A stretch of 64,000 bases of DNA from Tubulanus polymorphus (lineage: Eukaryota > Animalia > Nemertea), in NCBI RefSeq assembly GCF_964204645.1, contig NC_134035.1, forward strand, positions 8,340,451 to 8,404,450. Reading direction: 5' to 3'. Of the stretch, positions 26,326 to 40,893 are shown one piece after another; position 1 is the first letter of the stretch; each line of letters opens with the position of its first letter. The translations under genes and the position numbers were made by a program. The notes below the pieces were generated by a model. The model saw only the letters and a list, made by a program, of their open reading frames with translations, made no database searches and was not told where the DNA came from.

Positions 26326-29300
26326 CTGCAATTACAAATAACGATTACGCGATAACTTATACATTATCAGTAATAACGAGATTACATGAAAATACCTTCA
26401 AAACTCATGGTAATGACATCGTAATTAATTATCAATTTGCTGGATAAAACATCCGTTTATTTTTTTGTGGATTATGCGCATGCACTATTCCTTTCGTATC
26501 CTCATTACAATAGAAACAGTTTGGTGAACACTGAACCGATAGTTCTGACCAAGTTATTTCCGACCAAGTTGTGGATTTTTCATATAAGGCTAAGTCATTT
26601 ACTTTTTATGCAGTCAAACAGATTAAACTTCACTTCAAAATCTAGGATTCGGTTTGTGGTAGAAAATGTCCGCATGTTTGTTTACGCGTTATATCAGGGA
26701 TTCGAACTTATACTGCGATTGTGCAGCAGCGTATAGGTTTATTGCATTAAGTGATCGCGGCCTGGTCATCGCCAAACCGGAGCCTCCGATACGTGATTTT
26801 TCGGTTAAAGAAAAATGTACGTACTTTCCTGATAGGAGGTCCTTGAAGATGTACGTACTTAGTGGACGAGAGATATCCAAATTACAGTATCCTGATATCG
26901 TCCCACGGAACATTATAATAAAATACGGCAAAATTGATCGCACGTACTTCTCTTAAGTAAAATCAGTTTAGTATAAGCTTTGAGCATTGAGCCTAACTAC
27001 ATAGATTCCGTACATCCGACCCGTTTCGTACTGGAATTGCAATTTTTTCCACATGTACAAATACAAAAATCAGGTCGGCATTATTTTGCAACATGGCTGC
27101 GCCATTTATCTCGGGATGGACAGAAATAAAATCGGGCTCCGTTCCAGAAACTGTAACAATACGAAGCACGCAGACACCTGCTTGAAACCGACTTAAAATA
27201 GAATTGGAATCTATAGATAGTAAGCTAACATTTTCTCATGGTTTCGCGTTCGTGTAGATGACTCTGCGATATCATTTTTACTTGTTGTGTATATATTTCC
27301 TGGTGTTTTACGTGTATTTTAGCGTCTAAATATACAGTCGACGAACGTGCAAGTCGAGCGCGCGTTTACAAACAAAGATCCCGACCTCAGCTGCCCGGGA
27401 TCGTATCCGCCGACGACCCGGGCATAAAAATCGTCCGCACAAATCGTTCGAAAAGAACACGAACGAGCGTTTAACAAGAGAAGGAAATTACTGGGGTTTC
27501 TCCGAACTTCATAAACCAGCTTATTGCCTGCTGCGTTTATACTCTCCGAAGAATAATGGCTCACTTGCATCTTTCGCAGATAAGAAATGGAAGTAAATTT
27601 CAATAACCCGCGATGTATTTTGCGGGTTTTTTTCAGCTTCAGCGATTGCAGTCAGTACATTACACTCGAAAACCTATGATTAAAAGCTATTTCTAGCACA
27701 ACTCTGACAAATCCTTCAGTTAGTTATTTATGTTTTTTTGGTTCAAAGCAGATTTATACTTAAACCTTGTAATTTTCGTGTATTTTTTGCTTTAAACAAT
27801 TGTATTTTTGCGTAGCGATAGACTTTAATCCTAAATTTAACTTTGACTAAACGACCACTGATTTTGTAACAAACAGCCAAATATCCCTTAGAGTAATAAT
27901 ACAGTTTATAAGCACTAGTTTTACTAGTTTTAATAAAATTCATTCGTTTATTCAGTTAGCTTATTATTGGAGTACGGAACTGTTACTTATCAATCGATGC
28001 GACAACATCTACTTGTCGGAAATCTATTAAATGTAAGTGCCGAATAAAGCGTATTATTGTCGGTTTGTTTCACGATAAACGCCTATTTCCACAAACCCAA
28101 TCCGGAGTAGGTTTGCATACTGCTCTGAGCGCACACTCCAATTTCGCTCGTATTTTCCTGAACATCTATTCATTCATTAAGAAGTGAAGAAATGAGAACC
28201 GTTCAATAGCACTGATCGACCGCGAACGATAGACCTACACTGGAATTCATTTCTTCTTACTCCAAAATCAAAACTAACCAATATACCAATTTCATTTGGC
28301 TAAGCGTTGGCAGAAAAAGGCAACTGCGAAACCCGTAGGGAAAATAGGGGAAATTTCTGACAATCTTACAGTAACTCTTCCGAGCATCTGAGAACATGTT
28401 TCTGCGTTATGGCAACGGCGAAACTACACATGTATTTATAAAAACGTATTAGAATGAAATTGGGGCCAGGAAAAATGGCACAATTTTGGGAGGGTGCGTG
28501 CCAATCTGGATCCGCCCCTGCGATCTCACGGACGTCGAGGTATGTATATAAACACGCTGCAACATGTATATATATATATATATATATATCGGCTATTTAG
28601 CGCAGATTACGGGGAGGCCATGTCAGTTGTATCCCGGGATATTCTATCGCATTTTCCACTAATTAACGTCTTATCTAGTTAGTTTTAGCGATTATATGCC
28701 CAACCTGCAAACATTGCGCTCGCCGATCAAACATAAATCATTCGTCGTAACAACTCATACTAACGCGATTTCATTTAGAGACACCCGGTATTCTACAACA
28801 TCACACTGGTATTCTAGTCTGTACTGTATGGAAATTGCGTTTTCTATATACATTTCCTATGCATTTCCGATTCGAATAACATAACTTTTTCAAACGAGTA
28901 TCTATCTTTGAGTAATGTTTCAATCGAAAGCATTTTGATTGATTCAGATTGTTCTACGGGCTGTCTAAATGGATCATCGCTGATTGTTTATGTGAAAATA
29001 TTCGTCAAATTGTTAGCTTCACGCATAGTCATATGATTATTACAGATTATTAATATTCGGTTTCTCGTTCTTTGATCACACGAGAAATCAAACCGAGGAC
29101 ATTTTCTGCTGGTTGATTTTATCAAGGGCAGGTGCAGGGGGACCAGGGGACCTCCTTCTATGACGTGCCCTCAACGTAATTTGGAAAAATCCTTTTTCAA
29201 TTTAAAAGAAATATGAATTATTCCCTTATGACAGCCATCAAATAGCCTTGGAGAACACTAAAATATCAGTTCCCCCTTTGGTATCTTCGTGATCGCCACG

Positions 29301-29461
29301 TCGGGGTGCCCTTTGCGATTAATTTTGTACCCTTCAGTACCACGGTCCACCACCTTCCAAGTATCCTGGTTCCGCCCTTGTTTTTTATACGACGAGAGAC
29401 ATTATTTCAAAGAATGGGAAAAGCCATCGAATTACACGCTAAAGCTCGTATGTAATGTTTC

Positions 29462-30036
<575 letters not shown>

Positions 30037-33000
30037 GTTACATTAATGACAATGAATTAAATTACAATAGGAAATACAACGTGATTAAGTACACAATATT
30101 GTAACAAAAGGCGTTGGACGACTGGTGAAGTAAAAAAAGAAACTTATTACCTATAAGGTCCAGTCGCCCACACACTCGCAATCATATAGATTTATACATG
30201 AGTTACATGACAAAAACATTAAAACTCTGATAAATAATTCCACGGCCCGGTTTTGTAGAATGCTGTCAACACTTTAACTCAGAGGTTAACAAAACTGAAA
30301 ATGAATTGAGTTAGCCCCGGGTTAAACTTAATACCAGTCTATAAAACCGGGCTCAGGATATTCTGTACATTGAATCAATCAGAAATACATGATTTGATTT
30401 AAGCGCATTGATAAATGAGATTATATTTTACAGGTGTTTCCAAAATACGTGAGAGAATGATATAATTTTACATGTGTTTTTTGTTGGTTTCTTTCCGATT
30501 TCCAGGGTTTTTGGCCTTGATACATTATCGTAAATTGTCTATAATCATTCTTTGTGAAAGTACTTCCTTGCATCAACGTGTATTGTGTGGCTGCGTTTAA
30601 CTTTGTATCTAGAATCGCTCATCAGATACAGGTATGGATAACTGAGTCACTTCGGCTGCTGTTAAACTAATCTCCTAATTAAACATCACCGTTACCGCTA
30701 TCAGATAAAACGGCAGGTATCTGCGTTGATTATTGAAGCTAGGACAGATTTCGTGTAATGCGCCGAGCGCGGAACAACGTAAATCTCACGAGTCATATCA
30801 GCAAACTGATACCGATGAGGATGCAACTTTTATCATCAGACCACATTTATTTTCGCCTGATACATCATATTACACGCTTGATTAAAGACAAACTTTGTTC
30901 GAGTAGTCCGTATTGTAAATAGATATATCTTCTCTTTTCTACGAATTGGTTTAGCTTGAACTTGAACTTGTGGGACTCCGCTTGCCTCGGATCTCGCGGG
31001 ACCAATAAGTTATTTCCGAGTTAAGCGAATTACGGAGCAGGCGGAGCATGGATCGACCGCCATCACGACGAATTGCGTGTAAGATAATTTGTTATGTCCG
31101 GGCTACACGATAATCCGAAAACCCCCGTTTCGATCCCGGCAGGTGGGCTTGTAGGGGACACCAACTCAAAACAAAGATCAGACGAAATCTACTAATGAAA
31201 TAGATAACTGGATCAATCCCTATTTCAAGAAAAAAATCCGAAGAAATAAATCAATTAATATTTCATTTACGAAATAATTTAAGAAGTATAGCATCAGGAA
31301 ATACAGAATATTGTAAAAATAGTACGCCGGACGACTGGTGAATTTAAAAAGATCACTTATATATGACCTTATAGGCAATCGACTCGGTAATCTGAGTAAA
31401 CGGAGTTTGCGTGTAATGTTAAGTCGTTCCATGAAAACGGGCCCGCAGATCGACACGGATCGCGAGCTATAGCGAACCTGGGACGGTTCTGGTCGAGCTT
31501 ATCTGCCACTAACTCGTAGCTTTAATGCTTGAACCGTTTCGATAATCGACGTAATACCGGCTCAAAAGTCAAGCTTTTCCCACACATACTCCGGTAGTCG
31601 GTTCAAACATTCGTGTACATTAGACGTGTGTTTTACGGGTAAACGTTTCGCGTTGAAGTGTCTTACCGCGCCGGAACCAAGTCAGAAAGAACGCGCGCAA
31701 ACATTAAACACGCCACTCCGCCGTATTTACCCTCGAATCAACGTTTTAGCTGAAAAATCGACTGAAAACGTCTTTAGTATCTCAACGCTGATGGCGGTCG
31801 CAAATTTCCTACTTAAAACCTTAAAACTCTTCGTCGTGTGACAAGTTTTTAGAAGATGTAGATCTAATCGATATTCAGTGTTCGAGTAGGCTGGTTGGAT
31901 TTGTTTTCGATGCTTCTACATTTCAAAAAATAACCAAGGAACTTATCGAACGGAATCGAATCCTCGTTGATAGGTTTACATTCGTTTACGATGTTTTTTT
32001 CATTTCGAAAAATAACGAAGCAACTTATTTAACGGAATCGAAAACTCAATATATGGAATCCTTTCGCAAATCCTCGTTAGACCGTCCCTTAAAACCCCGA
32101 TGTCAGCGCTGTGTGACCTGTTCCGGGCTTAATCTATTTGCCGTTTCTCTAAGATTCCTGGAATAGAACTGCCTTGGGAGACCGTAGATATCACTTGGAG
32201 TGAAATTTGCAAAATACATATCAAAAAGAGACAACACGCTTTCTGCCGATCGCAAATCTTGGATTTGTCCTCATCGACGCCTCATTGTTACTCTATATGC
32301 AAAAAGATTATGTACACCAATCATGAGGTCGCGTCATAGATCACATCTTGTCTACCCAGTACTGCCAGACGATGTTTTTAGTTAAGTTAGTCATGTTAGT
32401 ATGATGAGATAACCTCGTCTGGCAAAAAGCGGTACACCCGCTATGACGAGTAATCTAGAATGTACAAATGAATGGAGGCCATAGTTTTGCCGAATATCAT
32501 ACATGATAAATATCATGATATTTTCATAATATATCCAATCAAAACATACATCTTATGTTGAAAAAACTGTCGATTGATCCGAATGTAAGGCATAGCGTAC
32601 ATTTTGGATTCGTAAAATTTGTTAAAATTAAGATTTGTAAGATTTGTAAAATTAAGCACTGACTACGATCGAAACGCTCTTTACAGTTCAAACGAGTTCC
32701 CCCGAGAAGCCAATTTAGACTTCTACTTCGAAATAGACTCACGCAGAGTTTTATTCAAAGCTTAATCCGACAAAAAAAGATTTCTCCGACGAAGAGATGT
32801 AAATATTTAGGTTATCAATCGGAGGTGAAACCGCGGGCGTGCTCGGCATGTGTCGGAACCGTGGAACAATATAATTCCGATATAAATTCTCTATTCGCTT
32901 TCTCTGAACCGTTTTGTTATGCGCGCATGTGTTGTGTGTTTTTTCGTTATAATCTTAAGTAGTTTACACCTGTTCGGCAGAATAGTCGGCAAACAACGGG

Positions 33001-33277
33001 CGCTAATTCAACTTGTAAAGATAAGGTGATAATTTCATCAAGAACCCGTGTGGCATCTGTTTCGATGCCGATTGTTGAACCATTCAAAAAACGATGAATA
33101 AATACCCGCGCCTTTAGACTTGTTTTCTGTTCGTATCTCAATCTTCGTCCCGGTAGACCTGGAAGCGTTTAACGCGAAAACGTGTGTGTGTGTGTTTAAC
33201 CCCAGCGTCTTCTTTCCCATTCGAATTTTGCGCTTGAAAACGATTCAGATCCAGTCGCAGCTCAAGCCCAGATCGCA

Positions 33278-33400
33278 CATGACGCAAGGAAACACGGAAA
33301 AACACAGATTAAACAAACATGTTTGTCTCGGGAAACGTGTTTCTATCTGCTGTATCCGTGTTTCCCCACGTCGAATTTTAGTGAACAAGAAACACGACAA
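33278..33400. repeat. Short palindromic dispersed repeat (GCA.GGAAACACGGAAA...ACATGTTT) family
   Basis: Related copies at ~20241-20430, 39323-39470, 41225-41372 and 59200-59340. Confidence 0.55.
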
Positions 33401-36400
33401 AATAATGTCCGCTTGACAGAAAATCATTCAATTTCATGGGCATTTATCAAAGACGATGTCCATCAATGTAATCCAATCAAGCATCAAACTTCAAACTAAG
33501 AGTACTGTAAATCGCGACTTTGTCAGATCGTTTCGAAGGGAAAAGGGTTAGGGTTAAGGTTATAGCTCATTCTATCTAAAATCCTCGGAAGCATCGTTAT
33601 TTTTCAAGCAAGTCAAGTTTAAACTACTGAAAGTCGCGACTTAGTCAGTTCATGGTAATATCCAATATAGGGGGCACCGAGCTTATCAAAATGACGGCAT
33701 TCGGAGCTACCCGTTCTCCTTTTTCAGACTGAGTTCGTGTATGGCACATATGGAAGAATGAAGCAACGGGGTCGAAATGCTTTTAGCAAGATGATCGCAT
33801 GAAGCCGGATGTGATAATATTTCCCGAATCTCGAAAACAAAACTGTAGCATGGTTAAATTGTAGAATTCAAGTTACAGTTTTCATTTTTATAAAACCGAC
33901 CGATTTGATTTCGAATTGCTCGTGAATATTAATTTTTCAGATCAAAACCTTGTGTTTAATAATTGTCGATATTTCAAACTAATCACTTAAATTGATGTTT
34001 GCATAGAAAGCTATGTGCGGTGATTCATCTTAATACTCGAAAAAGTAGAGTCTAACGTTTTACCTTGATTGTTCGATAATTGTTATTTCATTAGAAATAA
34101 AAAAACATATTAAAAAAACATTTCCACTTACCGGGATGTGATTGACGCCTATAGTCGAAATGTAACCATCGCACGTTTCGATGACGTAGTTGGCGATCAA
34201 GAGCCACGCGCAGACGAACGGTGACGTCATCGATTTATTCCTAGCGAGTTTTGCGATGAGCTGCATGTCTGACGCGACGTGATCGTTGTGTTAACGCGAG
34301 ATCTGACTTCGAATTAGAAGAATTAAAACTCACAGTTTTACAGCCATCTGCTATTCTGACTAATTTGAAAACGGATCTTCGAACATATGGACAATTTCAT
34401 GATTATATCATCGCTTTCTTCGCCGCTCCGTTTAAACGTCTGTATATCAGAATTAGATTCTCCTATTTATCTAAAAAAACACAACAGCGTTACAATGTAA
34501 AAGCTATTAGCCGATAAATAACCATTGCGGGTCATTATGATATCCACTTATTAATTGATTATCCTCTATTGTTGATTCACTTTAAGCTGCTATATTCAAA
34601 ACCACAATTGTGAGATAGATTTAACGCTGAGTTGGAATTAGTTCATTTTCGATGTTTTAACTTCAGAGTCAAATCTTAACTCACAACTGTGGAACTGGAT
34701 CCTGGTGTATTTTCAAATCTCTGTATCTATTTATCGCAGTTAATTTTGAACAGTTCTCGATCAGCCTACTACTACGTCTCATGTATTCAACATTCCTTTT
34801 CAGGGTTTCAGTTTATACGAGCCTTGCTTTTTTGAAAACCCAGTTTTATATTACAACATAGTGTATTACTAGCAGTTATTTCTGAAATGAATAAAATACC
34901 GAATCGGATGATTTGCGCGGATGACCGATTTCAAATCTCGATTCTCAAGATTGGTCAACATAGCCTTGTTTACTATCCATCTCGCCGTATTTTCTCGGTA
35001 TATCTCATATTTTTCTATACGCCTTTCCCCGATTTGGCATCGCATCTCGTAAACGCCCGCGTGTTTTCTTTTCTGTATGTAAACAAGACAAATATATCGA
35101 GTTGTCTTCACGAAACCGGGTAAAGTCGGGATTACTTGAGTTTCCAGCGGAATTATCTCTAAATCGCGGATTATTTGTTCTAGCTCGCTTCTCTACGGCT
35201 GCCAGTGTAACCTCTATAGGCTATGTTATATCGCGGAAGTTATCGCCTCGCCGCGGGCTACTCAAACATACGAAATCGGAGATATTTCCCCCACTTTTTT
35301 GTTGCTTAAGTTAACGAAGGAAAATATGGATGAAAATTCGCTTGGTTTTCAAATCAATGTAAAATCCAATTCACAAGAAGTAAACGGGCGAATAAAGCCG
35401 TGTAGGTTCGTTTTCGTACGGTTTTGATTTTGGGGTGCGTTTACAATACAAGGGGTCATTGATTCGATTTGAAATTTCGTTCGACGAAATACGTGTCGGA
35501 TTCACATTTTAGAACCTAAATTATAGGACGTCCATGAAATCGATTTCAATTCGAAAAAACCTCGCGATCTTATTTTTTTATTGGAATAACTCGATGTTAT
35601 TTCCCAAAATACGTATGGCGTCGAAATGAAAATACACTGGAATGAAATCATGAATTGTATGATAAATTAAAAGACAAAGCAGGCAGAGTTTATCAATTGA
35701 ATTATGTAACATTAGAGAACGAACAATTATTCTGAAAGATGCTGTAAGTAGTATTTTCCCTAGAAGGCGTACTGGTAAGTACCTACGTATTAGTCATGGC
35801 ATGGTCCACGACTCGAGCCCTGCCTTGGTTGGTCACATAACTATTCTAAAAGATTAGCACCATTTGTAATAACGAACTTATTTATTGCCTATTTCTACAT
35901 CTATACATATGACTATTACATTTGTATAAAACTATATAAGACTAAGGGCTTCAGTTCCTTAGTTTTACCTACAGCCTGTTGACTAACCAATTGATCCCTC
36001 GTAGCAATATCACGAATTATAATTAGAAGTATCGAGATGTTGTATGTATTGCATTATCGTTAACGAAAAATAGATATTATTTTTATCATTATTACTTCTC
36101 TGAAAGTGTTTGCAGTGAAAATATTAGTTAAAAAGAAAACTATTTTGAAGGTTTAATGACGCATTGGCGAAAAATAACTGATTCTACCAGAAATTGTCGA
36201 TCTAGCTGCGATGTATTGATAAAGTCGTGCGCATTCTCTCAAAAAGATATTTAATTCATCAAATAGAAAATAAGAGAAATGAAATATGTTTAATAAGCAA
36301 ATGAACGCCAAAATTCACAAATATAATTATTATTTTGAAACGCAAAAATTGATGACGTAGTGCGCATCGACTCACACAGAACCTCTGATAGATGATGTAT

Positions 36401-36478
36401 ACTAGGTTTCAATGTACATAAACGTTATTGTCCACGAATAATAAAAACCCACAGTAGATTTGTAGAAACAGTTTATTT

Positions 36479-36520
36479 CCTAACGGTTTCGAGGTTAAAA
36501 CTTAACCTCATCTTCTGAGG
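36479..36520 (-). ncRNA. Degenerate minimal hammerhead-like motif (PLE-derived)
   Basis: CCT-CAGAAGA-T-GAGGTTAA/TTAACCTC-GAAAC-CGTT-AGG; U4 is mutated to A. Confidence 0.45.
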
Positions 36521-39019
36521 AACAAAAAATACAATAACTACAATCAAAATGTCACTACAGTCAAACGTTATTGTAACGGTTTTTACGGCGTCAAAAAAAA
36601 AACTCCAAAATATACGTACCATTCAACTGTCGATCTATCCTCGATAGCGATCAATAACAAGATCATCGCTTATTCAAAATATCGCGGCGCGCATAACGTT
36701 ATTCTTCCTTCTGTAATCCACGACGTCTTATCAAACACAAACCACCACCTGGCAGATGAGAGAACTGCGCGTTCGCACGCGGCGTTTCCTTGTTTATCAA
36801 CGTTATTAACGACTCCGAACTTTCCGAGAGCGAACGAACGAACGAACGAGCGAGCGTGTACCGTGCCCCGTCAGAACATCCCTTCACCTCACAAACAGTT
36901 CTGCAAAATTAACTTTCCGATTTACGGCTGCAAACCGCGCTCTATTGTGCTGCTATATTGTTATTAAAAGCCTCGGTTGCAAGGATCGCCCCGTACCTAG
37001 CGGTTTGTATGTGTGTTACCTTCAATGCGTAAATGTGTGTATATACAGGAGTCGAGAGGTTATCTCTCGTTTTCAGGTCGCGTTTCGTTATGACGTAAAC
37101 GATGAAAATCGAAATACGCATGAAATGAAGATATTTCATTTTTGAATAATGTCGACATCTGGCATTTCTGTTCGGCTCTCGATAATGACGAAATCTTGAT
37201 TTTTTTCCTAGCATATGCTATCATTACGAACAGTAATTTTTTAAATCTAAAATAGGGAATTTTTTCCCTCTTATTTTGTGATTGATTGATTAGATAAATT
37301 TGAGTTTTGTATCGCTTACAAATCCGCCACACCTGCCGGGAACGAAACGGGGGGTTGATTTTGAAATTAGAAATCAGTACAGATATAGTTCGATTTTCGG
37401 TCGAATTAACATAGGCCTAATCATATACAGTTTTTGCACAGAATTTGTTTTCACTTCAAAAAGGAACTGAACCTGTTATTTATCTAATCGGTAGATTTTG
37501 TTTGATTTGTTTTGATTTGGTGTCCCTTACAAACCCAACCACACCTGCCGGGAGCGAAACAGGGGATTTGATTTTGAAATCAGAAATCCGAGTACAGATA
37601 TAGATATAGTGTGATCGGCGGTCGAATTTACAGAATATTTTGTTCAAATCGAAGTACATAATTGGGAAATTCGGGTCCGGTTCATTCAAAACAATCTTCC
37701 AAACCGTCTGAACCGGCAAGTGACTGGTTGGGTTAATTGTTCTTGGCTCTCTAATTACATCAAAATCATGGAAATGACTACTAAATACAAGGTTAAAAAT
37801 GAAAATTTCTAGCCTATGATCCCGAAGCCATTTGATGATTTATAAATTTTAGATAGGGCAAGGCAGATTCCGACGTCCGTTTAATTACGTGCATATCACT
37901 TCTGAAATGCATGTTTACTAAATCCAATGAAATTCTAAGTTAACCACAGAGCGTTCATCGGTCGAACTTGTCAATTAAAGGATACGAACGTGTTGTGTTG
38001 AATCGGGGCTCTATATCTCATTTGAAAATGAACATTTATCAAATGAAATATTCATCCGATTCCCGGGGTACCCCAACGGCCACAAAGGCGGGCCATGTTT
38101 GATTATAGTCAACCGTACATGTTTGCGCGATCGAATTACGTTTAACGCCGTCCGAAGCTTAACCGAATCGAATATTCATACATCCGACGTGGTGTTTGGA
38201 CACGTTTCTAAACTATAAAAGGTTTCGCCGACTGAGTAGTTGAAGTCGCGGTCTTAGGGAACGTTGCTCGTCTACGACAAACCATTGACGTAGATGTTTC
38301 GAATTACGAAAAGAATTTCATTTCACGTTATCTACGGCGCTGTTGTTGTTAGTGATTCTATAGATTAGCAGGAATACTTTGATTTACATCTAAGTAATTG
38401 CGAAAATCTTATGAATTCCGTAAAAAATTTCATTTCAATTTATTAACGGCGCTGCTGTTGTTAATGATTCTAAATTAATAGGAATGTTTTAAGGACAAAC
38501 TAGCGTACATGCTCCGCATTTACAGTTTCAGTCATTACGTACATATTTCGAATTCCGATTTTCGGATTTAATTTCAATTTATCAACGGCGCTGTTGTTAT
38601 CAGTGATTCTTCTGCTTATTAGGAACATTTTGAAATTAAAGTGTGGTTAATGAGCGAGTGTTATTGCATCATTTCATTCTTTGTTAAATAGAAATAATCT
38701 AAATTTCTGTACATGAATTATTTCTCCCGGTTCAGCGGCGATGATTCGGATTCCGATATTACGCGTTATATTTCTCTCTACTGCTGTATTTCTGCCACGT
38801 TGTTGGATGCTAAAAGCTGGATTCACAAACGGATGGATTTTCACTGCAAATGATGTCTTTTCTGATTCCGGTGGAGGTGGTTTAACCACCGATCTAACAA
38901 GCCGTCTCCTACGAGCAAAAGGTAAGAGATGAACGCTAACAACTCCTCAAAATCTTTTTCACTGTAGTAGAGATTCATTTGCCTGGACCTCGTTCCCCTC
39001 CAGAACGTCATATTAGCCT

Positions 39020-39226
39020 TCATTTCATCGTTTCACTAAGTGTTCATCGTTTCACCTTATCATCGTTTAACCTTTTCATTGTTTCACCTTTCCATCGTTT
39101 CATCTTTTTATCATTAGTTCACTATCTTTTCATTGTTTCACTATCTTTTCATCATCTTTTCACTATCTTTTCATCATCTTTTCACTATCTTTTCACTATC
39201 TTTTCATCATCTTTCCACTATCTTTC
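39020..39226. repeat. Degenerate 11-bp tandem repeat (TTTTCACTATC/TTTTCATCATC)
   Basis: Seen directly in the sequence. Confidence 0.85.
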
Positions 39227-40559
39227 AAAGTAATGCTATTAATAGTATATATATTATAGTAATGCTTTTGGTGGTTATCGCCCGCCATATTGGTGGCCTA
39301 ACGACGGCCAGTATCTGGCGCTACACGAAAACACGGAATCAAACAGGTTTGATGATTGAAACATTGATACGTGTTTCTCACAAACGCTCGGGAACACGCT
39401 TCCGTCTCCTGTTATTGATTCATTTTTTTCTGCGTTGCTGTCTTTCCCGTTGCCCATGCGTCGCGTAACATGAACAGGTCTCTAAAATGCCCTATTTCAA
39501 TGCATTCTAGGTCTAGGTGACGTCACTCGGTATATCGGCAACGAATCGGGATTAGAGTTCGGTGACGAATCCATCAGCAGTTGTCCAGGAAATCTGACCC
39601 CCGTGAGTTGTAAGTGCGTGCCATTTTTGCGCTGTCTCGGAGTCAGGTTCCGATTTGGAAAATGCGTAGCCTTTCACCCGGGAAACGTGCCCATGTCAAT
39701 ATCGGTGAGTTCGATTATCTGTCGCCAGCTTAAGTTCTTTAAAGAATGCATGAGATATGACTAAAATTATGACTACTTTTCCGGCTTCAATTGGACATCA
39801 AAAGCGTTGCCATTTAGCATATCTAGCGGGACCAGTGGTTTTAATAAAAAATTTTCATAAAAGTCGTAATAATGAAAATAATGATAATATAGTATCAATA
39901 ATAATAAACACTTGTAAAGCACCTATTTCTCTGTGCGCTAAGTTCACCGACGCTGTGAATGGTCAAGTAAGTTAGTGATAAGCCTGCAGGTAAAGTTAAT
40001 GCTTTAATAATCGCTTGAAACTGTCTAGATCCGAGGCACAGCAAAGATTGAGGTGATAATGATATTCATCATCAATTAAAAGAGAATAGAAAATTACAAG
40101 AAGAACGCATGGTACACGATACAATTGGTATTGATAATAAGGGCCTGAACAGAGCCATAAAGTCTGTAAATCACTAGGACGTTCATGCCCCTTGACCATC
40201 GAGACTCGTGTAAAAAGGGACTCAGTTTTCAGAAAAATTGAATCGAAAATTTTTCCTTCTAATCTTAAGAGCGTTGTCGAATGTGCCTATTCAGAAAATG
40301 CGATTACTACCCGACAAATCGGCGATTACGAAATAGCTACGCGATTACAGTGTGAAAACGATGAAATAATTATTTCATGCAATGTATATTCACCGTAAGT
40401 GTGTTTCAAAGTTTTGTTTTGAAATCGATTTGTAAATTAAACTCATTGTTAGGACGCAGAGCGTTTCATCCCTTCCCCGGCTGGGATTCGAACCCTACCA
40501 CACTCGACTGGGTGCGCCATCAGGTTCGAATCCCCGTCGAGGGAGGAACGTGTAACAAG

Positions 40560-40893
40560 TGCAATACAAGGCATCCTCTAGAGTGTTAAGATCAAACAGT
40601 CAATCACTTCTAGTCATCCCTCGTGTCAATCTAGTCTCTGCGGGTCACAGGGCCTTCTCTTACTGCGCCCCACTACTTTGGAACTCCTTACCAGATGCAA
40701 TTAAATCTAGTCCTTCTACTGATGTTTTTAAATCGCAACTTAAAACCCATTTGTTCACTAAAGCTTTTAACTAATGATGTAAATTGTTTTTTCTATCTTT
40801 ATGTTTAAATTGTGTCTTTATATTGTAAAGCCAATGAGCATATTATATATGGATTTTAGGCTCAATAAACTATTATTATTATTATTATTATTA
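40560..40893 (+). mobile_element. L2-clade LINE 3' end with (TAT)n tail
   Basis: Encodes GHRAFSYCAPLLWNSLPDAIKSSPSTDVFKSQLKTHLF, followed by AATAAA and (TAT)n. Confidence 0.85.

Noticed and set aside
27001-27150. Open frame SGTEPDFISVHPEING... as a possible upstream hexosaminidase exon
   Set aside because: It has an acceptor but no convincing phase-0 donor and no signal peptide, so the first exon is left unassigned.
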